DNA from: Malacoraja senta
Taxonomy: Eukaryota
DNA length: 64,000 bases
Direction of reading: 5' to 3'
Assembly: GCA_038087875.1 (NCBI GenBank)
Contig: CM075987.1
Span: forward strand, 26,786,001-26,850,000
The stretch's first letter is position 1; every line of letters begins with the position of its first letter. Under the pieces are notes generated by a model. That model saw only the letters and a list, made by a program, of their open reading frames with translations. It ran no database searches and was not told the DNA's origin. Shown one piece after another: positions 12,196 through 25,040 of the stretch. The position numbers were made by a program, and so were the translations under genes.

Positions 12196-13089
12196 CCTGG
12201 GGGTATATGTAAAGTAAAAAGTCTTGCCCATTTTCTGGCTGGGTGCTCGAGAGGTTTTCACATTGAATTAGGCTGTTCGGCCCATCGAGTCTACGTCACC
12301 TCGAAACATCAGCCATGATCACATTGAATGGCGGTGCTGGCTCGAAGGGCCGCATGGCCTACTCCTGTACCTATTGTCTATTGTCTATTATCACCTATCC
12401 CTTTGCTTGGGAGATGCTGCCAGACCCACTGAGTTACTCCAGCGTTTTGTGTCTTTCTGCAGAACAAATAACTTTCATTTCATCAAATTAATAGTTGCTT
12501 CCATTTACAAGTTCATAAATTATAGAAATAGAATTAGGCCGATCGGCCCATCGAGTCTACTGTGCTATTTAATCACGGCCTCCTGATCCCATTTTCCTGC
12601 CTTCTCCCCATAACCCTGGACACCCATTCTAATCAAGAAATGTTTGGTAGCTCTGGCCGATTCTCTCCACCTGCACGCCGAGTGTTCTGATCACCGGTGT
12701 TGACAAGCATCAAGTCTTCCTCAGTGCAACTCAAGAATCAAAACAAGTACTTGTCTGCGTCCCACACAGATTGTAAATGTCATGCAGAGGCACCAGCAGC
12801 GTTCCACATCTGTCACCTTAAATCTGTTAACAAGGAGATTTTCCTTGCGAAGATTATCTGTGCTTTGCCTGATCCGTGCCGTTGCTGCGGCGTCTCGACA
12901 AAAACACAAACATCCGCCGAGCACCAAATATCTCCCTGGATGTGCGGAACTTGGAAGGGCCAAACAAACAATAACTCCACGTATTTTGTGCTGGTGGCTT
13001 TTCGTAAAGACATAAAATCTAAGAAAGGTGCAGGTCAGGAGCATGCTCTTTGGCCCACCCTGTCCGCACCTACCGTTAGCTAACAGGAG

Positions 13090-13358
13090 GTAGAGCTGCT
13101 GCCTCACAGCTCCTCACAGCGCCAGAGACCAGGGTTCAATCCTGACTTCAGGTGCTGTCTGTACAGTGTTTGTACATTCTCCCAGTGACCACATGGATTT
13201 TCTCCGGGTGCTCCAGTTTCCTCCCACACTCCGAGGGCAATTGCAAATTGTCCCTAGTTTGTGTAGGGCGGTGTTAGTGTGCGGGGATCGCTGGTCGGCA
13301 TGGACTCGGTGGGCTGAAGGGCCTGTTTCCTCGCTGTATCTCTAAACTAAACTAAACT
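13090..13358 (+). mobile_element. HE1-like V-SINE
   Basis: Box B, V domain, (AAACT)n tail. Confidence 0.85.
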
Positions 13359-13690
13359 GGGAACTGACATAAGTAACCGCACAGACGCAATGAGTCATCT
13401 GATATAATCATCTCCCTACAAAGATTTCTAACATGATTAGTACGGGTGTCAGGGGTTACGGGGAGAAGGCAGGAGAATGGGATTGAGAGGGAAGATAGAT
13501 CAGCCATGATTGAATGGCGGAGTAGACTTCATGGGCTGAATAGCCTTGTGGGCCTGTCAATAGACAATTGACTATAGACAATTGGTGCAGGAGGAGGCCA
13601 TTCGGCCCTTCACCGCCAGCACCGCCATTCAATGTGTTCATGGTTGATCATCCACAATCAGTACCCCGTTCCTGCCTTCTCCCCATATCC

Positions 13691-13900
13691 CCTGTCCCAC
13701 TTAGGCGATTGTTTGGGCGAGCACCGGCGACCACCGCAAAATTTTCAACATGTTGAAAGTTTTTCGGCGACAGTGGCGACAATTTTTGCTGTCGTAGGTT
13801 GACGTAGGTGCTGTCATAGGTTGCCAGGTGTCGTAGGTTAATTCCATTAAAATGAGTCCCTAGCAGTTGCCTAAAGAGTCGCCTAAGTGGGACAGGCCCA
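13691..13900. mobile_element. PIF/Harbinger-type MITE
   Basis: TIRs CCTGTCCCACTTAGGCGA and TCGCCTAAGTGGGACAGG; followed by TTA; left tip missing. Confidence 0.75.
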
Positions 13901-14359
13901 TTATTCTGCTCCTTGAACTTATGAACCTATTAAAAATTGGCTTTGCTTACAGTGCACGAACAAAAAGCCTGCTGGCTGGGCCATTAAAATCCCTTAAATT
14001 CATACTGCAATAACTTGTTAGTACAATGTAGTGGAGTGCCACAACGCACGTTACTGAGTGTCAAACCCTCAGGGGTCAGATTAAGAGTACGATCAGTTCA
14101 ATGAGTAAGATAACACAAAGGCCTTATGGAAAACTGCAAATTAAACAGCACCAAAGAGTTATCAATAATTTGTGGTGAATAATTGAATGTTGTGTGAATG
14201 ACGATAATAAAATGAAGATTGTGCATTTATTAGATTAACAAAATCATTTTCTTCCAATCTCTGAAGCCACCAGACGATATCTCAATATACTGTATATAAA
14301 GGGGGACTATTTACTGACAAGCAGCCCAGTTGAAAAATATTTTGATCATTAAACTTCGA

Positions 14360-14625
14360 GGGGCATAACGGTAGAGTTGCTGCCTCTCAGCGACAGACAC
14401 CTGGGTTCAATCCTAACCGTGGGTGCTGTCTGTACGGAGTTTGTACGTTCTCCCCGTGACCGCGAGTTCTCCTCCGGGTGCTCCGGTTTCCTCCCAAACT
14501 CCAAAGACATAGAGGTTTGTAGGTTAATTGGTTTGTAGGTTAATTGTAAATTGTCCCCCGTGTGTGTAGGATAATGTTAATGTGCGTGGAGATCGCTGAC
14601 CGTCGCGGACGCAGTGGGCTGAAGT
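14360..14625 (+). mobile_element. HE1-like V-SINE
   Basis: Box B and V domain. Confidence 0.85.
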
Positions 14626-14640
14626 TCTGCAGTATATCTC

Positions 14641-14984
14641 CCTATATCAGCGTCTAGGGAGCTGAGATCCCCCCCGATGCGGGAGCTTGATTGCCCCGAA
14701 GCGAGGGCCCAAACGCCGCTGGATACGGGAGCCAAGACCATCCTGTCAACGGAAGGCTCGAGGCTCCCGACCACGGGAGAACAAAGAAGGGAAGAGATTG
14801 AACTTTTTTTCGCCTTCCATCACAGTGAGGAATGCGGAGGAGTCACTGTGGTGGATGTTCATGTTAAAATGTATTTTGTGTGTTCTGTGACTTTTTATTA
14901 GTATGACTGTACGGCAAATCAAATTCCTCGTATGTTGCAAAACATACTTGGCTAATAAAGTATGGTTATCTTTATGATGATGAT
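14641..14984 (+). mobile_element. GC-rich non-coding element with Rex1-type 3' end, 5'-truncated
   Basis: Homologous to 29198-29956 (-); candidate 8-bp TSD TATATCTC at 14633-14640 and 14985-14992. Confidence 0.7.
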
Positions 14985-15660
14985 TATATCTCTCGTTTCC
15001 CTCTCCCCTGACTCTATCTGAAGAAGGGTCTCGACCCGAAACGTCACCCATTCCTTCTCTCCAGAGATGCTGCCTGACCCGCTGAGTTACTCCAGCATTT
15101 TGTGCCTATCTTCCATTTGCAATGTTCTCCACTTCAGCAATCTTTGAGTTGCAGCATTGCCTGCTCTGGTGAAGACCACAGTGTAGAATCTATAGCACCC
15201 AACGAAAATAGCACCAATTGGCATTAAGAGTAATTAACAAGCCTTTAATTGGTATTACTAAGCAGTGGTTTTAACACATCTAATTGCTTCCTCAACTCAT
15301 TAACATGATTCATTTTAATTATCCTGCCTGGTATTATCCTTTGATGTAATCCCTAAAGATTTACTCCTTGCTTTTTCAGTCTTTCTAGTATCTCCTGATG
15401 TTAAAACATTGTGCCAATGAAGAGAGTTTGCCTGTAAAAATTGCTAATTAAATGTTACAAAATAGTGTTGGTATATTTGTAGATGAAAGTACACTGAGTC
15501 TACCAGCGATCAGACATCTACCTTCACCATCCCGATTTTGTTACTCTAATTTGCTAATGGAACACAGTCAGGAATTAGATGATCGCAGGAAGATAACTGT
15601 TTACATTTTGTGACCATTTTCCTTCGCGCTAATAAATCAATTGTTTTAAGTTCACGAAAC

Positions 15661-16205
15661 GGGGCGGCACGGCGGTAGAGTGGCTGCCTCACAGCGCCAG
15701 AGACCCGGGTTTGATCCTGATCACGGGTGCTGTCAATGTGGGGTTTGCATGTTCTCTCTGTGACCTCGTGGGTTCTCCACAGGTGCTCCAGTTTCCTCCC
15801 ACACACGATGGTCAGTGCGGACTCGGTGGGCTGAGGGGCCTGTTTCCAAGTTGTGTTTTTCAATCAATTAAAAAATCACTGCCGGCGGTGAGCCAATCAC
15901 TTAACATGAAAAGTCATTCCTCAAAACACTCAACAAATGCAGAGTTGCTGCCGCACAACACCAGAGACCTGGGTTTGATTCTGACCACGGGTACTGTCTG
16001 TACAGAGTTTGCACGTTCTGTGTGGGTTTTCTCCGGGTGCTCCGGCTTCCTCCCACACTCCAAAGATGTGCGGTTTTGTAGGTTAATTGGCCCTCTGTAA
16101 ATTGTCCCTGTTGTGTAGGATAGAACTAGTGCACGAGTGAGCGCTGTTCGGCGCGTACCCGGGGGGCCGAAGGGCCTGTTCCAAGGCGGTACCTCTAAAA
16201 CTAAA
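15661..16205 (+). mobile_element. Two consecutive degenerate HE1-like V-SINEs
   Basis: Heads at about 15661 and 15940; V domains present. Confidence 0.8.
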
Positions 16206-16809
16206 GAAAAACTAAAAAACTTGGAGAACATTGGAGGCTGAGACAGGCAGAGAGACTGTAGATAGATTCTTGATTAGTACGGGTGTCAGGGGTTATGTGG
16301 AGAAGGCAGGAGAATGGGGTTAGGAGTGAGAGATAGATCAGCCCTGATTGAATGGCGAAGTAGGCCGAAAGGCCTAATTCTGCTCCTTTCACTTATGAAC
16401 TAATGAACTTTTCAAGTGACAATTTCAACGTTTCTTGAGCAACATTTTTGAGAAAAAAAAGCTAATTTCCTTTCTTAAATTGTACTGCAGATTCATGTTC
16501 AAGTTCTGACAATGCTCCGGGCATTGAGGCTTAGAAATAATTCAGCTTCTCAAAGATGTGTTAAATGCTTTTGGCATGGCCCTACAGTCATAGATTCCAT
16601 CGTTTGCAAAGCCCAAGAGGTCATGCAGAATAGAACAGGCCTTTCATGATTAATGTGATCAATGTTTTAATCCCCAATGTTCACGCCAGCAGTAACAGGT
16701 GAGAGGTAGGAAAGAAAACAACCACTTTGCAGCCAAGATAGACACAAAAAAGCTGGAGTAACTCAGCGGGACAGGCAGCATCTCTGGGGAGAAGGAATGT
16801 GCGACATAT

Positions 16810-17460
16810 TGAACGAGCTGCGGGAGGAGGTAATTGCGTCAGGGACTATCGCAACGTTGAGGAAACACTTGGACAGGTTCTTGGAAAGTCAGGTTTAGAG
16901 GGATATGGACCAAACACAGGCAGGTGGGACTAGTGTAGCTGGGACATGTTGGCCGGTGTGGGCAAGTTGGGCAAAGGGGCCTGTTTCAACAGTGTATCAA
17001 GAGACAATAGACGATAGGTGCAGGAGTAGGCCATTTGGCCCTTCGAGCCAGCACCGCCATTCAATGTGATCATGGCTGATCATTCCCAATCAGTACCCCG
17101 TTCCTGCCTTCTCCCCATATCCCCTGACTCCGCTATTTTTAAGAGCCTTGGTATCATTCTATGACTTTTTAGTTTTTAGTTTAGTTTTAGTTTTAGAGAT
17201 ACAGCGTGGAAACAGGCCCATTAGCCCACCGAATCTGCGCCAACCAGCGATCCCCTGCACACTAATGCTGTCCTGCACACACTAGGGTCAATTTGCAATT
17301 ATATCAGGCCACTTAACCTACAAACCTGTACATCTTTGGAGTGCGGGAGGAAACCAGAGATCCCGGAGAAAACCCACGCAGGTCACAGGGGGAGAATGTA
17401 CAAACTCGTAGTCAGGATCGAACCTGGGTCTCTGGTGCTCTACCTCTGCGCCACCGTGCC
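16810..17460. mobile_element. Cluster: CR1 type A end (+), CR1 type C end (-), V-SINE (-)
   Basis: Each part matches other copies in the window. Confidence 0.8.
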
Positions 17461-18214
17461 GACTCTATGACTCTACAATTCACAACACAAAAAGATGCAA
17501 CAAAAAAAAAACACACAGATGAAAGCGAAGAAAATTGGGAGCAGTTATTTTCAATATTCAATTATTTTCAATATTTCGACAGATGTATGAAAATATTGCA
17601 CTCCTGCGGAGATATCATTTATTGTCGCCAAAAGATAGAGGTAACGTCCTCGCTTACTTCTTCCATCTCGCTCTGGGAAGCAGAGCAAAATTCACTTTAT
17701 CTCCCAGTTAATTTTGTTCTCAAAACATCATCTAAAATGCAGTTTCCCCCCCAAGGTTCTGATCATCACACCTAACCCACTGACTACAAAGTGCAGCCAG
17801 CAAGTGTTGAATGATACTGCACTGTCCAATTTCCCTTCTGGCAATCAGGAGGGAGCCTTGGACATTAGCATTTTCACTCCAGACAGAGCACAATTTCCCA
17901 GCATCATTCTTGGAATATTACAGATGAAAGAGTGATTGAGCTTTCTCATAACATCAAGAGCACCAGACTAAATTCATCATCCGCTCCCCGGATTGCTAGA
18001 ACACATATTAAACCCAGTTTCATGCTAGGCTACAGCCAAACTCCAGCAAGTGGCAGTACCTCGAGCTTTGAAATCTCTCCTCTAAGAGATATTCCTCCAT
18101 CCAAGTTTCAGTGACATCCGCATCTAACTCCACAAATTCCTTATCACCTCCACCCTGAAATTCTCCCGAAACAAATGTGCATTTTACCGAATAACAAAGT
18201 GCACAGATCAGCAT

Positions 18215-18608
18215 TAGAACACAGAAACATAGAAAATAGGTGAGGGCCATTCGGCCCCTCGAGCCAGCACTACCATTCAATATGATCATGGCTGATCGTC
18301 CAAAACTAGTACCCCGTTCCTGCTTTCTCCCCATATCCCTTGGTTCCGTTAGCCCTAAGAGCTAAATCTAACTTTCTCTTGAATACATCCAGTCAATTGG
18401 CCTCCACTGCTTTCTGTGGCAGAGAATTCCACAGGTTCACAACTCTCTGGGTGAAAAGTTTTTTCCTCATCTCAGTCCTAAATAACCTACCCCTTATTCT
18501 TAAACTGTGAACCCCCTGGTTATGGAATCCCCCAACATCGGGGAACATTTTTCCTGCATCTAGCCTGTCCAATCCCTTGAGAATTTTATATGTTTCTTAA
18601 GATCCTTC
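18215..18608 (-). mobile_element. CR1 LINE 3' fragment, type B
   Basis: AGAAACATAG tail on + strand; homologous to 39140-39780. Confidence 0.9.
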
Positions 18609-18609
18609 T

Positions 18610-18922
18610 AGGAGCTCCGACACGAGACCACAGGGAGAACTCCGGCGCGACCACGAGTGGAGCTCCGAGGTGGAAACCGCGATGGGAGCTCCATGCTGAG
18701 ACCACGGGGGGGGGGGGGGGGGGCTAAGCGCTGAGACCACCGGGGCGGGGGGGAGTGGAGCTCCATGCTACCACGAGGGGAGCTCCGTCTGAGACCACAG
18801 GCGGAGCTCCGTGCTGAGACCACAGGGGGGCTCCGTGCTGCGACCACAGCGGGAGCTCCGTGCTGAGACCACGGGGGGAGCTCCGTACCGAGACCACGGG
18901 GGTAGCACCGTGCTGAGACCAC
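18610..18922. repeat. GC-rich minisatellite, unit about 23-26 bp
   Basis: Repeated GGAGCTCCGTGCTGAGACCACGGGG, about a dozen degenerate units. Confidence 0.85.
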
Positions 18923-19460
18923 ATGGGCGTCAGTGGGTTTAAAGAATAGCTTACATGGGTGCGAGTTTACATAAAGTTGCCTACTATGTAAGTTGGGGAA
19001 TGCCTGCACAACTATCCAGAACAGATGGCAAATTGTTGACATGTTCATGATAACTTCACAGTCTGCATCAAATTGATAGTGTTCTGTGTAGTGTATCAGA
19101 CGAAAATGCTCATTACAGACAAGAGTAAAATAGAATACCGATTCCTGTTTACTGTCATAACTCATATTTTAAATCATTGAATCTTGCCTATCAACATTAC
19201 AAAATATTCCCATGCCTTGAAATGCTTTAGGCCATTTTCTTTATTTGGCTGAAAAGAAAAGTGTCATTTTATGGTTGGCTGCCAACGAAATTACACCAGG
19301 CAGTTGCTGAAACAAAGTCACATTTAACAAAATGATGTTTACAGACGAATGCCTGGAAATCCATTCCCAGCCCATGCCCTCTCCATCATGCCCTCTCTCA
19401 CCAAACTCACATCCGCTCTGCTTCTGAAATCCAGTAGATTAGCTTAGTTCAGCCTGAAAA

Positions 19461-19878
19461 CTTCTCCCGCCCGAGTTGCGGGGTTGAAGAGCACCTGGAG
19501 CGGGGCTTTACATCGTCGCCCCGCGCGGCTTGGAGTGGCCGCGGTCCTTTGCGAGCGCGCGCCGGGGCTCTAATACCAAGACCCGGTGCGACCTTGCATT
19601 ACCCGGCGTGGCTTTAATGGCCGCGGGATAATCACCATCGCCCGCCGGGGGCTTTGACTTTGACTCTGACATCGGGGGGGGGGGGAGTGCAGTGGAGAGA
19701 TACGTATTTTTGCCTTCTATCACAGCGCTGTGATGTGTGTGTAAATTGTGTTGTGTCTCGGGTCTTCTTCGTTTTGTAATGTATGGCTGCAGAAACGATA
19801 TTTCGTTTGGACCTCAACGGGGTCCAAATGACAAATTTGTCCAAATGACAAATAAATAATAATTGAATTGAATTAATT
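19461..19878 (+). mobile_element. GC-rich non-coding element with Rex1-type 3' end, 5'-truncated
   Basis: Homologous to 38016-38419; terminal hairpin 19806-19828, TGACAA, (AATTG)n. Confidence 0.75.
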
Positions 19879-19995
19879 GAAGAAGGGTCTCTACCCAAAG
19901 CGTCACCCATTCCTTCTCTCCACAGATGCTGCCTGTCCCGCTGAGTTACTCCAGCATTTTGTGTCTATCTTCAGTTGACTTTAGTTTTTCAGTTA

Positions 19996-20290
19996 TGAGA
20001 TACAGCTCGCAAACAGGCCCTTCGGCCCACCGAGTCCGCGCCGACCAGCGATCCCCGCACGCTTACACTATCCTCCACACGCTCGGGACAACTTACAATT
20101 ATACCGAGCCAATTAACCTACAAACCCGTACGTCTTCTGAGTGTGGGAGGAAACCAGAGATCCCGGAGAAAACCCACACGGGTCGCGGGGAGAACGTACA
20201 AACTCTGTACAGACAGCACCCATAGTCAGGATCGAACCCGGATCTCTGGTGCTGTGAGGCAGCAACTCTACCGCTGCGCCACCGTGACAC
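19996..20290 (-). mobile_element. HE1-like V-SINE
   Basis: Boxes A and B, V domain. Confidence 0.9.
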
Positions 20291-21685
20291 CCTAATTGAC
20301 TCAATTTGCTGCAGCATTGACTCCTCTATACAAATTTGCAAAGTGCCATTTAGCTACAACTGAGTAAACATCATATAACCAGCTACAAAAACACGGGTAA
20401 TGAATGAAACAACATTTATTTATGGTGATGTATAAAGATTAATTTGTCAGTAATCATTATTATCATTTTTTTCAATCAGCTTTTGCCGCTGCATCCATTA
20501 TCAAGTAATGGATTATGTGACCAACGTTAGCTTTGGTAAAGGTAGACACAAAATGCTGGAGTAACTCAGACAGGATCAAGCAGCAAAGGAATAGGAATAG
20601 CTCACGTTTTGGGCTGAGACCCTTCTTAAGACCTGAAAGGCCACCTATTCCTTTTAGAAACATAGAAACATAGGTGCAGGAGTCGGCCATTCGGCCCTTC
20701 GAGCCAGCCGGGATCAATATGATCACAGCTGATCACCTATAATCAGTACCCCGTTCCTGCTTTTTCTCCATATCCCTTGATTCCGTTAGCCCTAAGAGCT
20801 AAATCTAACTCTCTCTTGAAAACATCCAGTGAACTGGCCTCCACTGCCTTCTGTGGCAGAGAATCCCACAGATTCACAACTCTCTGGGTGAAAACGTTTA
20901 TCCTCATTATTCTGAGAGTCCCGACCCGAAACATCACCGATCCATGTTCTCCAGAGATGCTGCCCAACCGGCTGAGTTACTCCAGCACTTTGCATCCAGC
21001 CACGAAGACCTGTTGTCCACCGGCCACATTCTTGATTAGTGCGGGTGTCAGGGGTTATGGGGAGAAGGCAGGAGAATGTGGTTAGGAGGGAGAGATAGAT
21101 CAGCCATGATTGAATGGCGGAGTAGACTTGATGGGCCAAATGGCCTAATTCTGCTCCTATAATTTATGAACAAAATGTAAAAATGTTAAACATGTAGATT
21201 TTTATCTTGGACATAATTTCCTTGCTGCGGCACTGAGCTTTAGATGCAGGAGTACATTGACTAGTACCAATATTTTCCGATCTTTCAGACCTCAATATAA
21301 TAACACACCATTAAAATGATTTTAATGGTAGGCCAGCTGGTTAGAATCAGTTTTCAAGATGACTTTGGAAGAGTAGGTGAATCTGCTTAAGGGACAAAAT
21401 ACAACGAAACTATCAGGAAGCCTTTCAATATGATCCATTATTTCATCAGAGTTTTATCAACAGCAGGGTTTAAATGAAATTAAATAAATGTCAATAAAAA
21501 AGGCCATTGAATTTTATGCCTCAAAGTTGCAGTTATCTTTTAATTGCTTTTAGTAGCAATTAAATATGACATTTGTCAGGAGCATTTCCCATTAAGTCAA
21601 ACGGTAAAGTATTTCGTAATTTCTTCCTTCAGCTGTAAAGTTTAATATGAGAGTAATACAGTGAGGGTAATACAGCATTGAGGTG

Positions 21686-22165
21686 TCACGGTGGCGCAAC
21701 GGTAGAGTTGCTGCCTCATAGCGCCAGAGACCCGGGTTCCATCCTGACTATGGATGCTGTCTGTACATAGAAACATAGAGCATAGGTGCAGGAGTAGGCC
21801 AATCGGCCCTTCGAGCCAGCACCGCCATTCAATATGATCATGGCTGATCATCCAAAATCAGTACCCGGTTCCTGCTTTTCCACCGTATCCCTTGATTCCC
21901 TTATCCCTAAGAGCTAAATCTACTCTCGCTTGTACAGAGTTTGTACGTTCTCCCCGTGACCTGCGTGGGTTTTCTCTAGGTGCTCTGGTTTCTTCCCACA
22001 CTACAAATACGTACAGGTTTGTGCGTTAATTGGCTTTGGCATAAATGTAAACATTGTCCCTAGTGTGTGTAGTAGGGTAGTGTTAGTGTGCGGAGATGGC
22101 TGGTTTGTGCGGACTCGGTGGGCCAAAGAGCCTGTGTCCACACTGTATCTCTAAACTAAACTATA
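21686..22165 (+). mobile_element. HE1-like V-SINE with an antisense CR1 type B tail nested at about 21768-21930
   Basis: SINE split at TGTACA, which is repeated on both sides of the insert. Confidence 0.85.
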
Positions 22166-22606
22166 ACCAGCATTGTCCTACACACTGGGGATAACTTTTA
22201 CCGAATTGGCTTCTGTAACTTGTCCCTTGTGTGTAGGATTGAACTAGTATACGGTGGGGTGGGAGATTGCAACCTTCACGCGGTCCACCCTGTTTCGACT
22301 AATGTAATCAACCCGTCGGGCCGAAGGGCCTGATTCCACACTGCATCCCCGAATTAAACTATATATAGAGAGCAGCAGTCAATAACCTTATCACTTACTG
22401 CCCCACTTGTTCATACTGAATGCGTGGTGTCCACTAAATTACAATGAATCTGAACTTGCTGGAAGGTACTTTCTTTAATTTATATTCAGTTTAGATCATT
22501 TATCATCCACGATTTTATTGATTACTCTTCATCCAAATAGAGAATGGACTGAGTGTTCATCTGAAATATCGAGTACATTTCCATTTTCTGCCCTTCCTGT
22601 TCTTTA

Positions 22607-22864
22607 AGGGCCTGTCCCACTTGGCGATTTTTTCGGCAACTGCGGGCGTCATTGACTGGACGTATCAGGGTCGCCGAAAGATTTTGAACTTTCAAAATCC
22701 AGCGGCGACAAAAATAAATGTTTGTCGTCGCTGGAGGAAACACCGCGCGTCAATACGTCATCATGCCGGGTCATGCCGCATCACGGCGCGACTTTTTCGG
22801 TGACCTGATACATCAGTCAATGATGCCGGCAGTCGCCGAAAAAATCACCAAGTGGGACAGGCCT
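22607..22864. mobile_element. PIF/Harbinger-type MITE
   Basis: Long TIRs AGGGCCTGTCCCACTTGGCGATTTTTTCGGC; TTA TSD at 22604-22606 and 22865-22867. Confidence 0.85.
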
Positions 22865-22968
22865 TTAAGGCTTGATGTAACAGATGTTATTGACTTCAGT
22901 TTTAGTGTGACTGCACTAAGTAAGTTAGTAAGCTAGCCTGTAGTCTTACAAGTTGCATAAGTTATACA

Positions 22969-23067
22969 ATAAGTCTGAAGAAGGGTTTCGGCCCGAAACG
23001 TTGCCTATTTCCTTCGCTCCATAGATGCTGCTGCACCCGCTGAGTTTCTCCAGCATTTTTGTGTACC
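22969..23067 (+). mobile_element. 99-bp Penelope-derived mini-element with hammerhead-like core (GUU variant)
   Basis: CTGAAGA-A-GGGT(TTCG)GCCC-GAAAC-GTT at 22975-23002; 11-bp TSD TAAGTTATACA at 22958-22968 and 23068-23078. Confidence 0.8.
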
Positions 23068-23390
23068 TAAGTTATACATAGTTGTGTATGTTGTATTATG
23101 GAAGTTATTAAGATTCTATTGTGGAAGTTATTTAGTGCTGCAAGTGTTGGCTCTGGGATTCGATCTTGCCCAGGATAATGAGCTGTCCAGCCCGGAAACA
23201 GGCCCTTCGGCCCATCGAGTCCATGCCGACCCTCCAGGCTGGTCCCACGCTGAGGTGGGGAGCAATAAAGTTTGAGGCATTATGCATTGATTTACACTTC
23301 GCAGCAAAGAACAAGGCCATTCAGTCCATTGAACTCGTGCTATCTCATTGCAGAGAAATCACACCTTATTTCCCCTTTTTTCTCAGATGC

Positions 23391-23721
23391 AGCATGGTGG
23401 CGCAGCAGTAAAGTCGCTGCCTTACAGCGCTTGCAGCGCCGGAGACTCGGGTTCGATCCTGACTACGGGTGCTGTCTGTATGGAGTTTGTACGTTCTCCC
23501 CGTGAACTGCGTGAGTTTTCTCCGAGATCCGAGATCTTCGGTTTCCTCCCACACTCCAAAGATGTACATACAGTTCTGTAGGTTAATTGGCTTGGTATAA
23601 TTGTAAATTGGTCCCAATGTGTGTAGGATAGTGTTAATGCGTGGGGATTGCTGGTCGGTGTGGACTCGGAGGGCCGAAGGACCTGTTTCCGAGCTATATC
23701 TACAAACTAAAATAAACTAAA
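23391..23721 (+). mobile_element. HE1-like V-SINE
   Basis: Boxes A and B, V domain, tail. Confidence 0.9.
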
Positions 23722-24072
23722 GCCTAGAACAAATATCAACTCCCTTTGATGAAATTAAAAAATAAAACCAAGTATTAGAAGGGTCTTGACTAACAATATC
23801 AAATAGACATTATGCTAAATCAATTCTACTTCCCAATGGCAGTCTCATTAATTTAAAATCTCACAATGGCTTCAAAAGCTTATTAGATGTTGAGTTTTGT
23901 TGAATTATTTTTCTTATTGCTCATTATACATTTAATTTCTCCACATCTTTGTTCCTTTTCACTTTTGCAAATTAGTTGTGGAATAGTTAACATTTGGACC
24001 TGAGAGATCATTTTAATTTGTTCCATATTTTATTCAGTCCCTAAATGAACTTACAGCGTAAGAGACAATGGC

Positions 24073-24433
24073 AAGGAGCCTGAGAACTGTAACGTCCATG
24101 TTCAGGAACAGCTTCTTCCCTACAGCCATCAGGCTATTAAACCACTACAACCTCATAAACTGTGAACCACAATAGACTATTATTATTCTTATTATTATTA
24201 TTATTATTGCACTGCTATTGTTTGTTTTTTGAGTATGTGTGCAAGTGTGTGTATATATATATAAACATATGTGAGTATGTGTATATATATACACACTGAA
24301 CTTTTTTTGTTTCTCTCTCTCATTTATCATATTATTTATTATGTTTACATATTCTGTTGTGCTGCAGCAAGTAAGAATGTCATTGTTCCATCTGGGACAC
24401 ATGACAATAACACAATCTTGACTCTTGACTCTT
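24073..24433 (+). mobile_element. Rex1/Babar-like 3' end (CTTGACT tail)
   Basis: RSLRTVTSMFRNSFFPTAIRLLN; hairpin followed by TGACAATAA. Confidence 0.75.
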
Positions 24434-24461
24434 AACATGCTGCTGAAATAAAAAGGGAGGA

Positions 24462-25040
24462 ATGATGAGGGAAATAGATCGGGTAGATGCACAGAGTCTC
24501 TTGCCCAGAGTAGGTGAATCGAGGACCAGAGGACAGAGGTGTAACGTGAAGGGGAAAAGATTTGATTGGAATCTGAGGGGTAACTTTTTCACACAAAGGG
24601 TGGTGGGTGTATGGAACGAGCTGCCAGAGGAGGTGGTTGAGGCTGTGACTGTCCCAGCGTTAAAGAAACAGTTAGACAGGTACATGGAGAGGACAGGTTT
24701 GGAGGGACAGGTTTGAAGGCATTTATACCAAGCTAATTAACCTACAAACCTGCTCGTCTTTGGAGTGTGGGAGGAAACCGAAGATCTCAGAGGAAACCCA
24801 TGCAGGTCAGGGGGAGAACGTACAAACTCCGTACAGACAGGCACCCGTAGTCAGGATCGAACCCGGGTCTCTGGCGCTGTAAAGCAGCAACTCTACCCTG
24901 CACCACCGTGCTGCCCTTACAGTCCATTCAAGTGTCTGATAACAGCAGGGAAGAATTTGCAGGCAGGTGGGACTAGTGTGGCTGGGACATGTTGGCCGGC
25001 ATGGGCAAGTTGGGCCGAAGGGCCTGTTTCCACACTACGA
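24462..25040 (+). mobile_element. CR1 type A 3' fragment interrupted by an antisense V-SINE (about 24720-24915)
   Basis: DRVDAQSLLPRVGESRTRG...FFTQRVVGVWNELPEEVV. Confidence 0.85.
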
